The notes below the pieces were generated by a model that was not told the DNA's origin, made no database searches, and saw nothing but the letters and a program-made list of their open reading frames with translations. From Magallana gigas (Eukaryota): a stretch of DNA of 64,000 bases. Where the stretch lies: the NCBI RefSeq assembly GCF_963853765.1, contig NC_088859.1:6572001-6636000 (forward strand), written 5' to 3'. Shown in pieces: positions 63,966 to 64,000 of this stretch; position 1 is the stretch's first letter; each line of letters opens with the position of its first letter. The position numbers were made by a program, and so were the translations under genes.

Positions 63966-64000
63966 CTATAAAAGTAAAAAAAATCAGTCAGTTAATGTAA

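Overview
This is AT-rich, intron-rich eukaryotic DNA. It most likely comes from a bivalve, probably an oyster (Crassostrea/Magallana-like); this is inferred from gene structure and from repeat families I recognise from memory. I see no CRISPR array, rRNA or true tRNA. I assembled five protein-coding loci by hand from splice sites and translation: (1) the last two exons of the mitochondrial calcium uniporter MCU (+); (2) a complete 212-aa KDEL receptor (-, 4 coding exons); (3) a complete ~620-aa type II transmembrane collagen of the MACIT family (collagen XIII/XXIII/XXV, C. elegans COL-99 type) in 29 exons, many of them micro-exons (+); (4) an intact 484-aa CYP2-clan cytochrome P450 (-, 4 exons); (5) the 3' end of an unidentified gene built from short phase-0 exons and ending in a possible CaaX box (-). 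Mobile DNA includes a solo LTR with a 5-bp TSD, a tRNA-derived SINE, several MITEs and a long-hairpin element. At 51.9-61.9 kb there is a nested complex: a head-to-tail dimer of a TIR element carrying a CR1/L2 LINE fragment, with an IS3EU-type element (itself holding a MITE) inserted in the second copy. The most interesting signals concern isoforms: a duplicated C-terminal cysteine module and extra basic/furin modules in the MACIT collagen, a hidden alternative C-terminal exon in KDELR, and a duplicated decoy acceptor before the last MCU exon. All exon models are manual predictions without transcript evidence.
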